64,000 nt of DNA from Nitrospinaceae bacterium (GCA_018669005.1 JABJAL010000072.1:231877-295876), one strand, 5' to 3'. Positions 9,717-19,863 are shown, numbered from the stretch's first letter. The notes: generated from the letters alone by a model not told the origin. Numbers and translations: made by a program.

Positions 9717-9803
9717 GGCATCGGAATTTTATTTCAATGACAGGAGAGCTCAAGATGCCGGTCATCACCGCCCATCATCATTTTATGTCCGAGGCGGCTA
9801 TGC

Positions 9804-9944
9804 CTGGGAACCGATTTCCCCCAGGAGATGCACAATGGCGCCGATATCAAGGTGCATGTAGAGAGTATTCTCGCCCTCGATTTTCCACTAGAGGATATTT
9901 CCGCTATCCTGAGCGGGAATATTGCCGAGGCATTGGGGTTGTAA
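9804..9944 (+). pseudogene. C-terminal remnant (~46 aa) of an amidohydrolase-2 (PF04909-like) gene
   Basis: The frame ending at TAA 9942-9944 encodes ...LGTDFPQEMHNGADIKVHVESILALDFPLEDISAILSGNIAEALGL*. This matches the GTDYP...GN..KLY.L C-termini of the intact paralogs at 44402 and 45453. No upstream body exists. Confidence 0.4.
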
Positions 9945-10004
9945 TTGTTAACGATGTAGGAAAATGGTTGCCGCTTTTTTTAAATACTTTAAGGAAATCT
10001 CTTC

Positions 10005-10613
10005 ATGTCGAAATCGAAATCCAGCTCAAAATCGGGAAAGCAACGAAAGAACCAGACAGCACAAAAAAAAGATAACGGAAATGTAATTGCCATTGCCGCT
10101 ATTGTTTTGATAGTGGCGGGCATCGGATATTATTATTGGAATTCACAGTCTGTGGAAAATACTTTTCTAAAAGAAGCGGCCTCTGGGAAATCGGTTACCG
10201 AAAAGATCAAGACTGTTGCTTCAAAGGGAAGGACCCATTTGCGGGCCGGCCAGAATCAAAATTACCAAGACGCCTATCCCACCTCGGGATCGCACGACCC
10301 AAGACCTACCCAAACGGGATTTTATACGGAGCGCCAGAAACCCACAAAGCTCGTTCACGCGCTTGAGCACGGCAACGTTGTCATCTACTACGACAAGCCC
10401 GGCGAGAAGGTTCTTGAAACGCTTCGCTCCTGGGTGTCGCTCTATTCGGGCCCTTGGGACGGTGTCATCGTCGCTCCGTCGGCAGGCATCGGTCAGACAA
10501 TTGTGTTGACGGCCTGGGTCAAGAAACTGCGCCTCGAAAAATTTAACCAAGCCGAGGCGGCAACGTTCATCGATCTTTTCCGGGGCCGCGGGCCTGAAAA
10601 CCGGGTTCGCTAA
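10005..10613 (+). CDS. DUF3105 domain protein with N-terminal membrane anchor
   Basis: One TM helix, then a conserved DUF3105-like block (HALEHGNVVIYY, SG.HD). Confidence 0.5.
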   Translation: MSKSKSSSKSGKQRKNQTAQKKDNGNVIAIAAIVLIVAGIGYYYWNSQSVENTFLKEAASGKSVTEKIKTVASKGRTHLRAGQNQNYQDAYPTSGSHDPRPTQTGFYTERQKPTKLVHALEHGNVVIYYDKPGEKVLETLRSWVSLYSGPWDGVIVAPSAGIGQTIVLTAWVKKLRLEKFNQAEAATFIDLFRGRGPENRVR

Positions 10614-10878
10614 AAGAGGTTGTCGCTAATACTAATTTTCATAAACATAAATATATAAAATATTCTGTTCTCGTTTGTTGCGTAATTAACAATCCTTACC
10701 ACAAACTAGAGAGAAATATGGATACCCTTGATTGGATAACTATATTCGAGTGCCATTTGAATTAGGGTGTGATCTTTCACCTCAAATGGACGCTCTCAAA
10801 ATAATCGAAGAGCACCAAAAAACCTCCGCGAATTTCTGGAAAAATACCATTCCCGGTGGATTGCTTGTCCAAAGAATT

Positions 10879-11307
10879 CTAGCCGTGTGTCACTAATATC
10901 CCAAGAAATACGACGATTGCCGCGAGTACGAGGTTGATCGTGAGCATCGTGCCGCGCTTGGCTTTAAAGCCCTCAAAGCCCGTTTTCGACGTGAGTGCGA
11001 CCCCGATGAAGATGATGATCAGGGCGAGGACGATTTTAGTGATGAGGGCGTGCGGAATGCCCACCCCGGTGCGAATGAGCCGGGTGATGTGGTGAATGCC
11101 CGTGAGAACAAGCATGGCGAATGAGCCGTGCAGAATAGGAACGAATTTGGCGCGAAGGGCGGCCATGCATTTTTGTTTCTCGTCCTCAGGCAGGCTTTCC
11201 ATGTAGGGGAGTGCCACGAATTTTAAAAAAGCTACCCCGCCGACGGCGAGGATGGCGCTGATGACGTGGATCGATGTGACGATGACATTTCCAATGCTGT
11301 AGTTCAT
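10879..11307 (-). CDS. Hypothetical 4-TM membrane protein (CopD-like fold)
   Basis: Four hydrophobic helices with an H..SA.LAVGG motif; last gene of the scoAB operon orientation. Confidence 0.4.
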   Translation of the reverse strand: MNYSIGNVIVTSIHVISAILAVGGVAFLKFVALPYMESLPEDEKQKCMAALRAKFVPILHGSFAMLVLTGIHHITRLIRTGVGIPHALITKIVLALIIIFIGVALTSKTGFEGFKAKRGTMLTINLVLAAIVVFLGILVTHG

Positions 11308-11403
11308 GTTTTCTCCTTGGTTCTTGGGGTGGTGACGGTTAGCCCAAGTATCATTGTTTTTCTCGTATTTCAGAGCAAGTGGTATTTTGAGTGTACGCCC
11401 GGA

Positions 11404-12090
11404 TTATTCGGGCCGCATCGTGCCGAGGGGCTCTGCGATGAGAAGCCGGGGCTCGCTCACGCTTTGGACCTCCTCGGCGGTGAGTCCCGCCGCCACCTCT
11501 CGTAGCAACGGGCCCTCTGGGGTGAATTCGATGAAAGCAATGTCGGTGAAAAGTTTTTTCACAACACGAGAGGCCGTCAGGGGGTAGGAGCACTCCTCTA
11601 GCAGTTTGAGCCCGCCGTCTTTCATCAGGTGGGTCATGATGGCGAATACGCCGCCCGCGCCTGCCGCAAGGTCCATGGCCCCGCCGATGCCGCCCTTTCC
11701 GGCGCCGGGCACCGTCCAGTTCGCAAGATCCCCTTGTGCCGATACCTGAAGCGCACCAAGCACGGCGATGTCCACATGCCCGCCTCGTATCATGGCAAAA
11801 GCATCGGCGTGCCCGAAAATTGCTGCGCCGGGTATCGCCGTGACAGGCTCGCGCGAGGCGTTGATTAAATCCTTGTCCTCCGTGCCGGGCTCTGGGAGTG
11901 GCCCTGCCCCGAGGATGCCGTTCTCAGCCATGAACATCACCCCGCGGGCGGCCTCGACGTAATTGGCCACCAGGGTCGGAATGCCGATGCCGAGGTTGAC
12001 CACAGCTCCGGCAAGAATCTCCCGAGCGACGCGGCGGGCTATGTCGGCTGGCGTCAGCGCGGATTGTTTAAGTTTCTGATCGGAGCTCAA
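11404..12090 (-). CDS. scoB: 3-oxoacid CoA-transferase subunit B (ScoB/AtoA family)
   Basis: Conserved NLGIGIPTLVANY...ENG.LG.GP and SENG/GGAMDL motifs. TTG start overlaps the end of subunit A. The ORF-track N-terminal extension is rejected. Confidence 0.7.
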   Translation of the reverse strand: MSSDQKLKQSALTPADIARRVAREILAGAVVNLGIGIPTLVANYVEAARGVMFMAENGILGAGPLPEPGTEDKDLINASREPVTAIPGAAIFGHADAFAMIRGGHVDIAVLGALQVSAQGDLANWTVPGAGKGGIGGAMDLAAGAGGVFAIMTHLMKDGGLKLLEECSYPLTASRVVKKLFTDIAFIEFTPEGPLLREVAAGLTAEEVQSVSEPRLLIAEPLGTMRPE

Positions 12091-12775
12091 GGTCTTCTCC
12101 CAAAACGACGCGATCAACATAAACACTAGGCGTGTGGACACTCTCGGGTGCGATATCTCCCGGCTCGACGATGACTTCCACCTCGGCGATGGTGATTTTG
12201 GCTGCCGTTGCCATGACAGGATTAAAGTTTGCCGCCGTGCCGCGGTAGGTGAGGTTGCCCAACCGATCCCCTGTGTGGGCTTTGATGATCGCCACATCGC
12301 CGGGCAGGGCGTATTCAAGAAGCGCCTCTCGGCCTCCGAAGGTGCGGCTTTCTTTTCCCTCGGCGGCTTGGGTGCCGGGGCCGGTAGGGGTGTAGAAGGC
12401 GGGGATGCCCGCCCCCGCCGCCCGGATTCGCTCGGCCATGGTGCCCTGGGGGATTTGTTCGAGCTCGATCTTTCCTTCCATATAGATCTCGCGGAACACG
12501 AAGGCGCTCCGGTGGAAGGCGTAGGTGCATATGAGCTTTTGAATTTTTCCCTGCCGGAAAAGAACGGCGAGGCCGCGCTCGCCAAAACCTGCGTGGTTGG
12601 TGACGATGGTCAGCTCTTTGGCCGGGTGGTCCGCCATGGCGACCAGGATATTTTCGGGGACGCCCACCCCGCCGAAGCCGCCGAGGAGAATGGTCGCCCC
12701 GTCGGAGATATTGGCAATGGCGGCGGCCGACCCGGACCACACTTTGTCTTGCACTGCGGGGTGTTCATCGGACAA
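12068..12775 (-). CDS. scoA: 3-oxoacid CoA-transferase subunit A (ScoA/AtoD family)
   Basis: GGFGGVGVPENIL..., typical N-terminal glycine-rich CoA-transferase A motif; 235 aa. Confidence 0.7.
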   Translation of the reverse strand: MSDEHPAVQDKVWSGSAAAIANISDGATILLGGFGGVGVPENILVAMADHPAKELTIVTNHAGFGERGLAVLFRQGKIQKLICTYAFHRSAFVFREIYMEGKIELEQIPQGTMAERIRAAGAGIPAFYTPTGPGTQAAEGKESRTFGGREALLEYALPGDVAIIKAHTGDRLGNLTYRGTAANFNPVMATAAKITIAEVEVIVEPGDIAPESVHTPSVYVDRVVLGEDLELRSET

Positions 12776-12926
12776 CGGATAAATTCCTCTTTAAAAATAG
12801 TGGTTCGCTATTTATGCGGGATTGGCGCTGAAAAATCCAGAGACCGAGGTGTTTTATGCCGCCGGTTGCCTGCACGCCCGCCCTGCCATAAAGTGTGGCC
12901 GCTCAATCCATTCATGCGAGGAAGAC

Positions 12927-14498
12927 ATGGCAAAAAGTAATGCGAACGATGCGGCATCTGGCGGGGAGGCAAGCGGGCTCAAGGGGCTCTACCTTTATCT
13001 TTCGGTTTTTCTATCGGGCGGCTCAATACTAGTCATCGAAATAGCGGCTGGACGTGTGCTGGCCCCCCATTTTGGAAACACGCTCTACACCTGGACTTCC
13101 ATGATCGGGATCATTCTCGCCGCCCTTGCGGTGGGGTACGCCATTGGTGGCCGTATGGCGGACAGGAACCCCTCTTTCAAAGTTTTTTTCATGATTATGG
13201 TGGTCGGCGCGGGTCTGGTGGCGTTGGTGCCATTTTTGCGGGCGGCGCTTTTACCCACACTAGAAAAGGGGCTGAACCTGCGCTCGGGGCCCATCTTTGG
13301 CGGGCTGCTCCTATTCTCGGCGCCAGCTTGTGTCCTCGCGGCGCTTACCCCCTACGCGGTAAAACTCTCGGCCCGCGGAGATGAGACGCTTGGCACAGTG
13401 GCTGGAAACCTTTTCACATGGTCCACTGCCGGGAGCATCTTTGGCACATTCATCACCGGTTTTTTGCTGATTCCTGCCTTTGGTCTGAATGCCATTTTCG
13501 TAGCGACGGCCATCGCGCTGGCGGCGGTCGGCGGCATCGGTATCTATCTGTTTGGCGATGTGAAGAATTTGAATTCGCGAAATCTTCAGAGCGTTCTTGT
13601 TTTTGGTTGTAGCTCGATTCTCGCCGGTGCGGCCTGGTCGGGTAGCCCCCCTGGCTTGACCAAGCAGACGGTCCATTTTCAGGAGAACATGTACCACACC
13701 CTCCGCGTTGTTGAGAAAAAAGAAGATGGCAAAGACGTGCGCCAGCTTTATCTCGACTATCAGCCAGAAGGGGCAATGGTGATTGGTGACGATACCGCCA
13801 CGTTTTTTCGGTACACCCAGTTTTTGAAGCTTGGCCCGGTGGCGGTGCCTAATATCCGGCGGATGTTTTTCATTGGCGGCGGCGCGTTCACGATGCCCAA
13901 GGCGCTTCACCTGCTCCGGCCCGAGGCCGAAGTGCTCGTCGCAGAGCTTGACCCGGATGTGAGTGCGATTGGCCGAAAATACTTCCGGTTGGATAAGTAT
14001 CCAAAAATCAAAATCGAAAACGGTGATGGGCGGAGTACGTTAAAGCGCTCGAAAGGCAAGTGGGATTTTATCGTGGGTGACGCTTATCGGGGCTTGAGGA
14101 ACATTCCCTCACACCTGGTGACGCGCGAGTTTTTTGCCGAGGCGCGAGACCGCCTTGCTCCCGGAGGAGCGATGCTCTTGAATCTCATCGCCGCACGCAC
14201 TGGCCCCGGCGGGACGATATTTGCCTCCGTTTATCGGACGATGGCCGCTGTTTTCCCTGAGATACTTGTCTACAGCGTGGACCCGCATCTGCCCGCCTAT
14301 GCGCAGAATGTTCTCCTGCTGGCCTTCCGGGATCGCGACCCAGATCTTCGTCGTAAGTTTTTAGCGCAAATTGAGACCAATCCTGAGCTTGAGTTCGCCA
14401 GAAAGGCCCGTGTCGAGGCGCCCTCGCCTCGCGTCTATGGACCCGTAATGACTGATGAGTACGCCCCGGTGGAGTATCTGATTAACCTGGGACTTTAG
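12927..14498 (+). CDS. Spermidine/spermine synthase-family protein fused to an N-terminal multi-TM domain
   Basis: About 6-7 N-terminal TM helices, then an aminopropyltransferase fold (FIGGGAFTMP...VAELDPDV...GDGR...DFIVGDAY). Confidence 0.55.
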   Translation: MAKSNANDAASGGEASGLKGLYLYLSVFLSGGSILVIEIAAGRVLAPHFGNTLYTWTSMIGIILAALAVGYAIGGRMADRNPSFKVFFMIMVVGAGLVALVPFLRAALLPTLEKGLNLRSGPIFGGLLLFSAPACVLAALTPYAVKLSARGDETLGTVAGNLFTWSTAGSIFGTFITGFLLIPAFGLNAIFVATAIALAAVGGIGIYLFGDVKNLNSRNLQSVLVFGCSSILAGAAWSGSPPGLTKQTVHFQENMYHTLRVVEKKEDGKDVRQLYLDYQPEGAMVIGDDTATFFRYTQFLKLGPVAVPNIRRMFFIGGGAFTMPKALHLLRPEAEVLVAELDPDVSAIGRKYFRLDKYPKIKIENGDGRSTLKRSKGKWDFIVGDAYRGLRNIPSHLVTREFFAEARDRLAPGGAMLLNLIAARTGPGGTIFASVYRTMAAVFPEILVYSVDPHLPAYAQNVLLLAFRDRDPDLRRKFLAQIETNPELEFARKARVEAPSPRVYGPVMTDEYAPVEYLINLGL

Positions 14499-14573
14499 AA
14501 AAATCTGCGTCTCTCGGGCTGCTATAGCCTCGCAGGCTCTCAGCCCTGAGGCCTTTTGATAAAGGGCACCCCC

Positions 14574-15635
14574 ATGGCTAAGCACCGCATTGCTCTGCTT
14601 CCCGGAGACGGCATCGGAACCGAGGTCGTTAACGAATCCGTTCGCATGCTCAAGGCGCTCTCGAAGATTGAACGCGGGCTCAAGTTCGAATTCACCCGCT
14701 ATCCCTGGGGGAGCGATTTTTATCACAAGACAGGCCGCATGGCCCCTGAGAACTATCTCGATAAGCTGGCGAAACACGATACGATTCTTCTCGGGGCGGT
14801 TGGGCGGCCTGATATACCGGATCACATTACCCTGCAGCAGCTTTTGCTCCCCATCCGACGGGCGTTTGACCTCTACATCAATGTAAGGCCGATTATTCTT
14901 TTCGAGGGGTTAGAGGCGCCGCTCAAGGGATATGGCCCCGGCGATATCGATATGCTGTTTTTCAGGGAAAACGTCGAGGGCGAATATAGCCCCGCCGGTG
15001 GGCGGCACTACGAGGGTTTTCCGACTGAGATAGCGATTCAGAATTGCATCTTCACCCGGCAGGGCTGCGAGCGAATTATCAAAGCGGCTTTCGAGGCGGC
15101 GCTAAAACGAAAAAGAAAGCACGTTACCAACGTCACCAAATCGAATGCCCAGGGCTACACACTTGTACTTTGGGATGAAGTATTTGAAGAAGTTGCTGCG
15201 CGCCCGCGCTATAAAAAAATTAAAACCGCCAAGTTCCTTGTCGATGCCGCAGCCCTTGAGTTCGTGCGCAGGCCTGAGATTTTCGATGTGGTGGTGGCAA
15301 GTAATCTTTTTGCCGATATCCTGACGGATCTGGGTGCAGGCATTGTTGGCGGCCTCGGCGTCGCGCCCAGCGCCAATATCGGCGCCGCAGGATTTCCTGG
15401 TTTTTTCGAGCCCGTGCACGGCTCTGCCCCCGACATCATGGGCAAGGGAATCGCCAATCCGGTGGCGACGATGTTCGCCTCGGCGATGATGCTCGATCAT
15501 CTGGGCGAGAGCCGCTCTGCCAAAAGGGTGGACGCCGCCGTGCGCGCGCATCTGGCGGGCGGCCACCGTACCCGCGATCTGGGCGGCGATGCCAATACGC
15601 GCCAGGCCGCCAACGACATCATCAAACGGCTTTAG
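14574..15635 (+). CDS. Isocitrate/isopropylmalate dehydrogenase family (LeuB/tartrate dehydrogenase-like)
   Basis: LPGDGIG N-terminus, NLFGDILSD-like block (NLFADILTDLGAG), and GSAPDI metal/NAD motif. Confidence 0.65.
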   Translation: MAKHRIALLPGDGIGTEVVNESVRMLKALSKIERGLKFEFTRYPWGSDFYHKTGRMAPENYLDKLAKHDTILLGAVGRPDIPDHITLQQLLLPIRRAFDLYINVRPIILFEGLEAPLKGYGPGDIDMLFFRENVEGEYSPAGGRHYEGFPTEIAIQNCIFTRQGCERIIKAAFEAALKRKRKHVTNVTKSNAQGYTLVLWDEVFEEVAARPRYKKIKTAKFLVDAAALEFVRRPEIFDVVVASNLFADILTDLGAGIVGGLGVAPSANIGAAGFPGFFEPVHGSAPDIMGKGIANPVATMFASAMMLDHLGESRSAKRVDAAVRAHLAGGHRTRDLGGDANTRQAANDIIKRL

Positions 15636-15644
15636 GAGCGCGGC

Positions 15645-16169
15645 ATGTCCATTACGACGGGGCGCGGGGACGACGGGGGGACCGATCTCTGGTTCGGCGA
15701 CCGGGCCGCAAAAAGCTCGCCTCAGGTCGAGGCATTGGGTGCGCTAGATGAAGCCAAGGCGGCGCTTGGTCTTGCGCGCTCGCAGGTCCCGGCGTGGTTG
15801 GCACCTGAAATTCTCAAAATCCAAAAAGATTTATTCTTGGTGAGCAGTGAGGTGGCCACCCTCAGGGGAAAGGTCCATCGTCTCAAAGAGCGCCCCGGCC
15901 CGGAGCTGGTCGATTGGGCGATGGGGCAGATCGCGCGCTATGAAAAAGTTATCCAGATAACCGATTGGGTTATATCGGGGGATACACAATCCGGTGCCGC
16001 GCTCGATCTGGCCACGACATTCATTCGTCGCGCCGAGCGCAGGTGCTCGCATCTTCAAGAAGAGGGTTTTATCGACAACCGGGACCTACTTGTATTTGTG
16101 AATCGCTTATCCGATTTGGTATTCTTGATGGCCCGCGCCGCAGACCGAGGGATTGAAGTGCCAGAGTAG
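15645..16169 (+). CDS. PduO-type ATP:cob(I)alamin adenosyltransferase
   Basis: TGRGDDGGT N-terminal signature of PduO/MMAB family. Confidence 0.7.
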   Translation: MSITTGRGDDGGTDLWFGDRAAKSSPQVEALGALDEAKAALGLARSQVPAWLAPEILKIQKDLFLVSSEVATLRGKVHRLKERPGPELVDWAMGQIARYEKVIQITDWVISGDTQSGAALDLATTFIRRAERRCSHLQEEGFIDNRDLLVFVNRLSDLVFLMARAADRGIEVPE

Positions 16170-16175
16170 GGAGGC

Positions 16176-17240
16176 CTACCCGAGATACTGCTCGCGCACG
16201 AGTTCGATGCCCACCTTGATTGCCGCGGCGAGCGGCACTGCCAGCAGGATGCCGACAAAACCCATCAATTCGCTTCCGATCAGAATCGCCGATATCACCA
16301 CGACGGGGTGAAGTCCCACCCGTCCGCCGATGACACGCGGGACAAGAAACATACCTGCCGCCGGTGAGATGATCGCGAATACGATGAGAACAGAGATTGG
16401 ATGTGTCCAGTCCTGGTGTTGAATCGCGGTGAAGGCGAGGGTGATCGGAAGACCGACTATCCATTCGACATAGGGGAAGATGCTCGCCATGCCGGTGAGG
16501 ATTCCCAGTAGAAGCCAAAAAGGTGCGTCGGCGAGATATAAACCCAGCGTATAGAGCACCGATAGAGTAAGGCCGACGATGAGCTGGCCACGGATGAAAG
16601 AGCCGAGCATTTCGTCGAGCTGATTGAGGCGTTTGTGGACTTCATTCCGGTAGCGAGGGGGAATGTTTTTGTAAAATCCCTTAGTGAACTCTCCAAAGTC
16701 GCGGAGGATGTAGAAGGTGAGGATCGGTATCAGGGCCAAAAATGCCATGCCGATAACGAGAGAGAAAAGGCCCCGCCCGGTTTTGAGCAAAAAGCTTCCG
16801 CCCGATCGTATGGCGTCAAGGGGAAGCTGGCCCAGGGCCGCGAGGTTTTCAGACAAAAACTTTTTTGTCGCCTCGGGTCGCGCTACCTGAAGACGAATCA
16901 GGGCAGCCTCAAGCCAACCTTCTAAAACTTCTATGTATCCGGGCAGCCGATTGCTGAAGGTGACAATCTGTTTTTCGACAAGCGGCGCAAGGGCCACCCA
17001 GAGGAGGAAAATGGAAATCCCGAGAGTGAGCAGGAGGATGAGGATCCCCGCCGTCCGGGGAATTTTTTTCTCCTCCATGATTTTGACTACCGGGTTCAGA
17101 AGATAGGCGAGGATAAAAGAGACGACAATCGGAAATAGGGCCCCGCGCGCGCTAATGGTCAGCCATATCGTCCCTATCAGGATGAGGATGAGCCAGATGC
17201 GCTTCCAGGTGAGCAGGTGTTGTGCGTCCTGTTCTTTCAT
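16176..17240 (-). CDS. AI-2E family transporter (PerM/UPF0118)
   Basis: 8-TM profile with the conserved AI-2E C-terminal region. Confidence 0.6.
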   Translation of the reverse strand: MKEQDAQHLLTWKRIWLILILIGTIWLTISARGALFPIVVSFILAYLLNPVVKIMEEKKIPRTAGILILLLTLGISIFLLWVALAPLVEKQIVTFSNRLPGYIEVLEGWLEAALIRLQVARPEATKKFLSENLAALGQLPLDAIRSGGSFLLKTGRGLFSLVIGMAFLALIPILTFYILRDFGEFTKGFYKNIPPRYRNEVHKRLNQLDEMLGSFIRGQLIVGLTLSVLYTLGLYLADAPFWLLLGILTGMASIFPYVEWIVGLPITLAFTAIQHQDWTHPISVLIVFAIISPAAGMFLVPRVIGGRVGLHPVVVISAILIGSELMGFVGILLAVPLAAAIKVGIELVREQYLG

Positions 17241-17258
17241 TCGCGAAATGGTCCTTTC

Positions 17259-17864
17259 CTAGCCTTCGGCCACGGGCGGCCTGCCGCCGGTCTGATCGCT
17301 GTCCGAGTTCTTGGCGAGCATTCTAGCACCCACGAAAAACGAATAGTGAATCCCCGAAATGGCAGTCAGCGTGCCGGTCAGGTAGTAAAGAGCATCCATT
17401 GCCATGGAGGCCTCCGAGCCCAATGTCCATGCCAGCAATGCGAAAACGATTGTTATCATTTGTGCCGCCGTCGTGTACTTTCCGAGGCGCGAGGGCTCGG
17501 GGGTGATGAAGCCGTGTGTCAAATAGAACGAAAGATAGCCTCCGCTGATCAGCACGTCCCGGCAGATAATAAGAATGGCGAGCCAGGCGGGAATTTGCCC
17601 GTTCATCCCCATGAGGACATAGGCGGAGAACATCAGCAGCTTGTCGGCCATTGGGTCGAGCGTTGCGCCCAGCGAGGAATACTCTTCGCGCGAGCGGGCG
17701 ATGTAGCCGTCGAGTGCATCACCCAGACAAGCGAGACCGAAGACGATGAATCCCAGGCCGGGGCGCCGGTAAACCATGCAGACAGCGAACCCCGGCACCA
17801 TCAGGAGCCGCAATACAGTGATTTTAGTGGCGAGGGTGAAACCCCGTGAAGTATTTACAGCCAT
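17259..17864 (-). CDS. pgsA: CDP-alcohol phosphatidyltransferase (CDP-diacylglycerol--glycerol-3-phosphate 3-phosphatidyltransferase-like)
   Basis: D-G-x2-A-R...G...D...D motif (GDALDGYIARS...LDPMADK). Confidence 0.7.
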   Translation of the reverse strand: MAVNTSRGFTLATKITVLRLLMVPGFAVCMVYRRPGLGFIVFGLACLGDALDGYIARSREEYSSLGATLDPMADKLLMFSAYVLMGMNGQIPAWLAILIICRDVLISGGYLSFYLTHGFITPEPSRLGKYTTAAQMITIVFALLAWTLGSEASMAMDALYYLTGTLTAISGIHYSFFVGARMLAKNSDSDQTGGRPPVAEG

Positions 17865-17926
17865 CTATCCTGAAATCTCCGCACAAATGAAAAATCTCTT
17901 AGGTGCCGCAAATTATAACACAGCTT

Positions 17927-18880
17927 CTATCGGCGGACTTGTGGACTGGCGGTTTTGACGGGTACCGCAGCTCTGACAGGCGGCGGAAACGCCCGTTTCA
18001 CTTCGGGAAGTAGCGAATCGGCCAGCCGAGTACTTGCTCTGGCCAGTGCAGAGCGGTATCCGCGAGCGCCGCGAGCGCGCCGAATACGGATTTGCTTTGA
18101 CCGAATGGCGATGACGGCCCCGTCGTCCACCCGAATAACCCGGGCGTTGGCAAGGCCGACGACCGCCCCCCCCCGTTCACGCTCGACAGTGGCGCTCGCT
18201 GTGATGACAAACGGGCAGCCATAGAGATTGCCTAGTGCTCGGGAGGCGTCCACATCGCCGCTGACGGCGGCGTGAATTTGCCCGGGGCGTGCGGGCTCGC
18301 GCTGACCGCGCGGGCTCACTGGGGTGTATCCGGCGCGGGCGAATTTATACATCAGCCGCCTCTCGGCGACGCCGAGTTTGTCCGATTCAATACGAATCGC
18401 GCTTTTGCGGCCCTGCGCCCCGGCTCTGAGGACTTGTTCCTGAACGAGAAAAAGGAGGCGCGATTTTCCTTTTTTTGTGTCGGTAAGATGAAGAGAGCGA
18501 ATCGCCTCGTTTACGGCAGTGAGATCCACGACAACATCGAGCTTAACTTTGAGAAGCCGGTCTTTACTGTTCACCTTCCGGCTCATCATCCGGTAGCTCT
18601 GTACGTATTGATCCGCCTCTTTGAGGATTGCGCCGTCAATACGCGATTGGTATTGAATCATCGCCGCCTCGCCCATGTTCTTAAGGATTGTTCTGTAGAC
18701 GGCCTTTCGAAGGCCGGCGGCGATGGCCTTTTTCTGGGCCTGGGCCCTGTTCTGACGAAGAATGACCGAGGTGCCGTCCACCTGTTGGTGTCGTTTGTCT
18801 GAATCCGCCGCGGCAAGAGCCGGACCATTTGTCACAGCGAGCATAAGAGCGGCTACGATAGCCCCAAGCAGGCTGTGCAT
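17927..18880 (-). CDS. Hypothetical secreted protein (signal peptide)
   Basis: N-terminal signal peptide; start overlaps rluB stop (ATGA). Confidence 0.4.
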   Translation of the reverse strand: MHSLLGAIVAALMLAVTNGPALAAADSDKRHQQVDGTSVILRQNRAQAQKKAIAAGLRKAVYRTILKNMGEAAMIQYQSRIDGAILKEADQYVQSYRMMSRKVNSKDRLLKVKLDVVVDLTAVNEAIRSLHLTDTKKGKSRLLFLVQEQVLRAGAQGRKSAIRIESDKLGVAERRLMYKFARAGYTPVSPRGQREPARPGQIHAAVSGDVDASRALGNLYGCPFVITASATVERERGGAVVGLANARVIRVDDGAVIAIRSKQIRIRRARGARGYRSALARASTRLADSLLPEVKRAFPPPVRAAVPVKTASPQVRR

Positions 18881-19863
18881 CAGCGTTTTGTCCCGCTTTT
18901 TTTAGGTCGGGCTGCGTACATTTTACTTTTAGGTCGAGACGCGGATGATCTGCTTTTAGGCCGAGATGCAGACGATTTGCTTTTTGGCCGGGTGTCAGAT
19001 GATTTACGCGCAGGCCTGGCGACTGGTTTTTTTTTCTTGGAGACAGCTTTTTTTTCGCTGGGCCGGGCAGAAGGACTTTTTTTTCTTGGCGCGGTGGATA
19101 TGGATTTTTCATGGCCGGGCGTGAGACCCGTGGATGACTTGAGGCGGGCAACTTCTCTATCCGTGAGGGTTCGGATGCTGGCCCGGGAGATGCCTCGGGT
19201 GGTGATGCCGCCGTAGGAGCGCCTGACGAGTTTCAGAACAGGATGGCCGACGGCCTCGCACATTTCCTTGACCTGGTGGTTCTTGCCTTCCCTGAGTTCA
19301 ATTTGAAGCCAAGCGTTTCGCTCGGTTTTGCGGCCCATGAGCTTAACGCGCCTTCCCTCGCTGCCCTCGCCGCCATCACCTCCGGCCATGCGGTCGAGGC
19401 GGCGAATTGCCCGCTCATCGGGAGCGTGTTTCACCTTTACTTCATAGACGCGAGGGATTTCGTATCGTGGATGAGTCAATCGATGTGCGAGATCGCCATC
19501 GTTGGTCAGCAGAAGTAGCCCCTCGGCATCAAAATCGAGCCTTCCGACAGGAAACACACGCTTGCGCTTAGGAGGAAGAAGGCCAGCCACCGTGGGGCGG
19601 TCCTTTCCTTCCTCATCGCGCATGGTGGTGAGTACGTTGATCGGCTTGTTCATGGCCAGATAAACCGGGCCCTCGCGCTCTGAGATGAGCTTTCCCTCGA
19701 CCTTGATCGAGTCCCGCGCCGGGTCGGCTTTCGCTCCCATTTCTTTGACAGTCTCACCGTTAACCGATACGCGCCCCCAGCGGATAAGGCGCTCTGCCTC
19801 GCGGCGAGAGGCGACCCCGGCCTGGGCGATGATTTTCTGGAGCCTGATTTCGGACTCAGACAT
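18880..19863 (-). CDS. rluB: Pseudouridine synthase, RsuA/RluB family, with K/S/R-rich repetitive C-terminal tail
   Basis: S4 domain (IAQAGVASRREAERLI..GRV.VNG) plus pseudouridine synthase core (GRLD...GLLLLTNDG). GGAGA RBS before ATG at 19863. Confidence 0.7.
   Translation of the reverse strand: MSESEIRLQKIIAQAGVASRREAERLIRWGRVSVNGETVKEMGAKADPARDSIKVEGKLISEREGPVYLAMNKPINVLTTMRDEEGKDRPTVAGLLPPKRKRVFPVGRLDFDAEGLLLLTNDGDLAHRLTHPRYEIPRVYEVKVKHAPDERAIRRLDRMAGGDGGEGSEGRRVKLMGRKTERNAWLQIELREGKNHQVKEMCEAVGHPVLKLVRRSYGGITTRGISRASIRTLTDREVARLKSSTGLTPGHEKSISTAPRKKSPSARPSEKKAVSKKKKPVARPARKSSDTRPKSKSSASRPKSRSSASRPKSKMYAARPKKSGTKR

Noticed and set aside
9737-10075. ORF-track 112-aa ORF between the BioF-like gene and the DUF3105 gene
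   Set aside because: No family similarity, and it overlaps the downstream gene start. A different frame in the same DNA carries a clear amidohydrolase-2 C-terminal remnant, so this ORF is most likely a frame artefact.
11404-12585. 393-aa ORF-track product covering scoB with a long N-terminal extension through scoA
   Set aside because: The extension is an out-of-frame read through scoA. The real ScoB begins near the TTG at 12090, where similarity to CoA-transferase B subunits starts.
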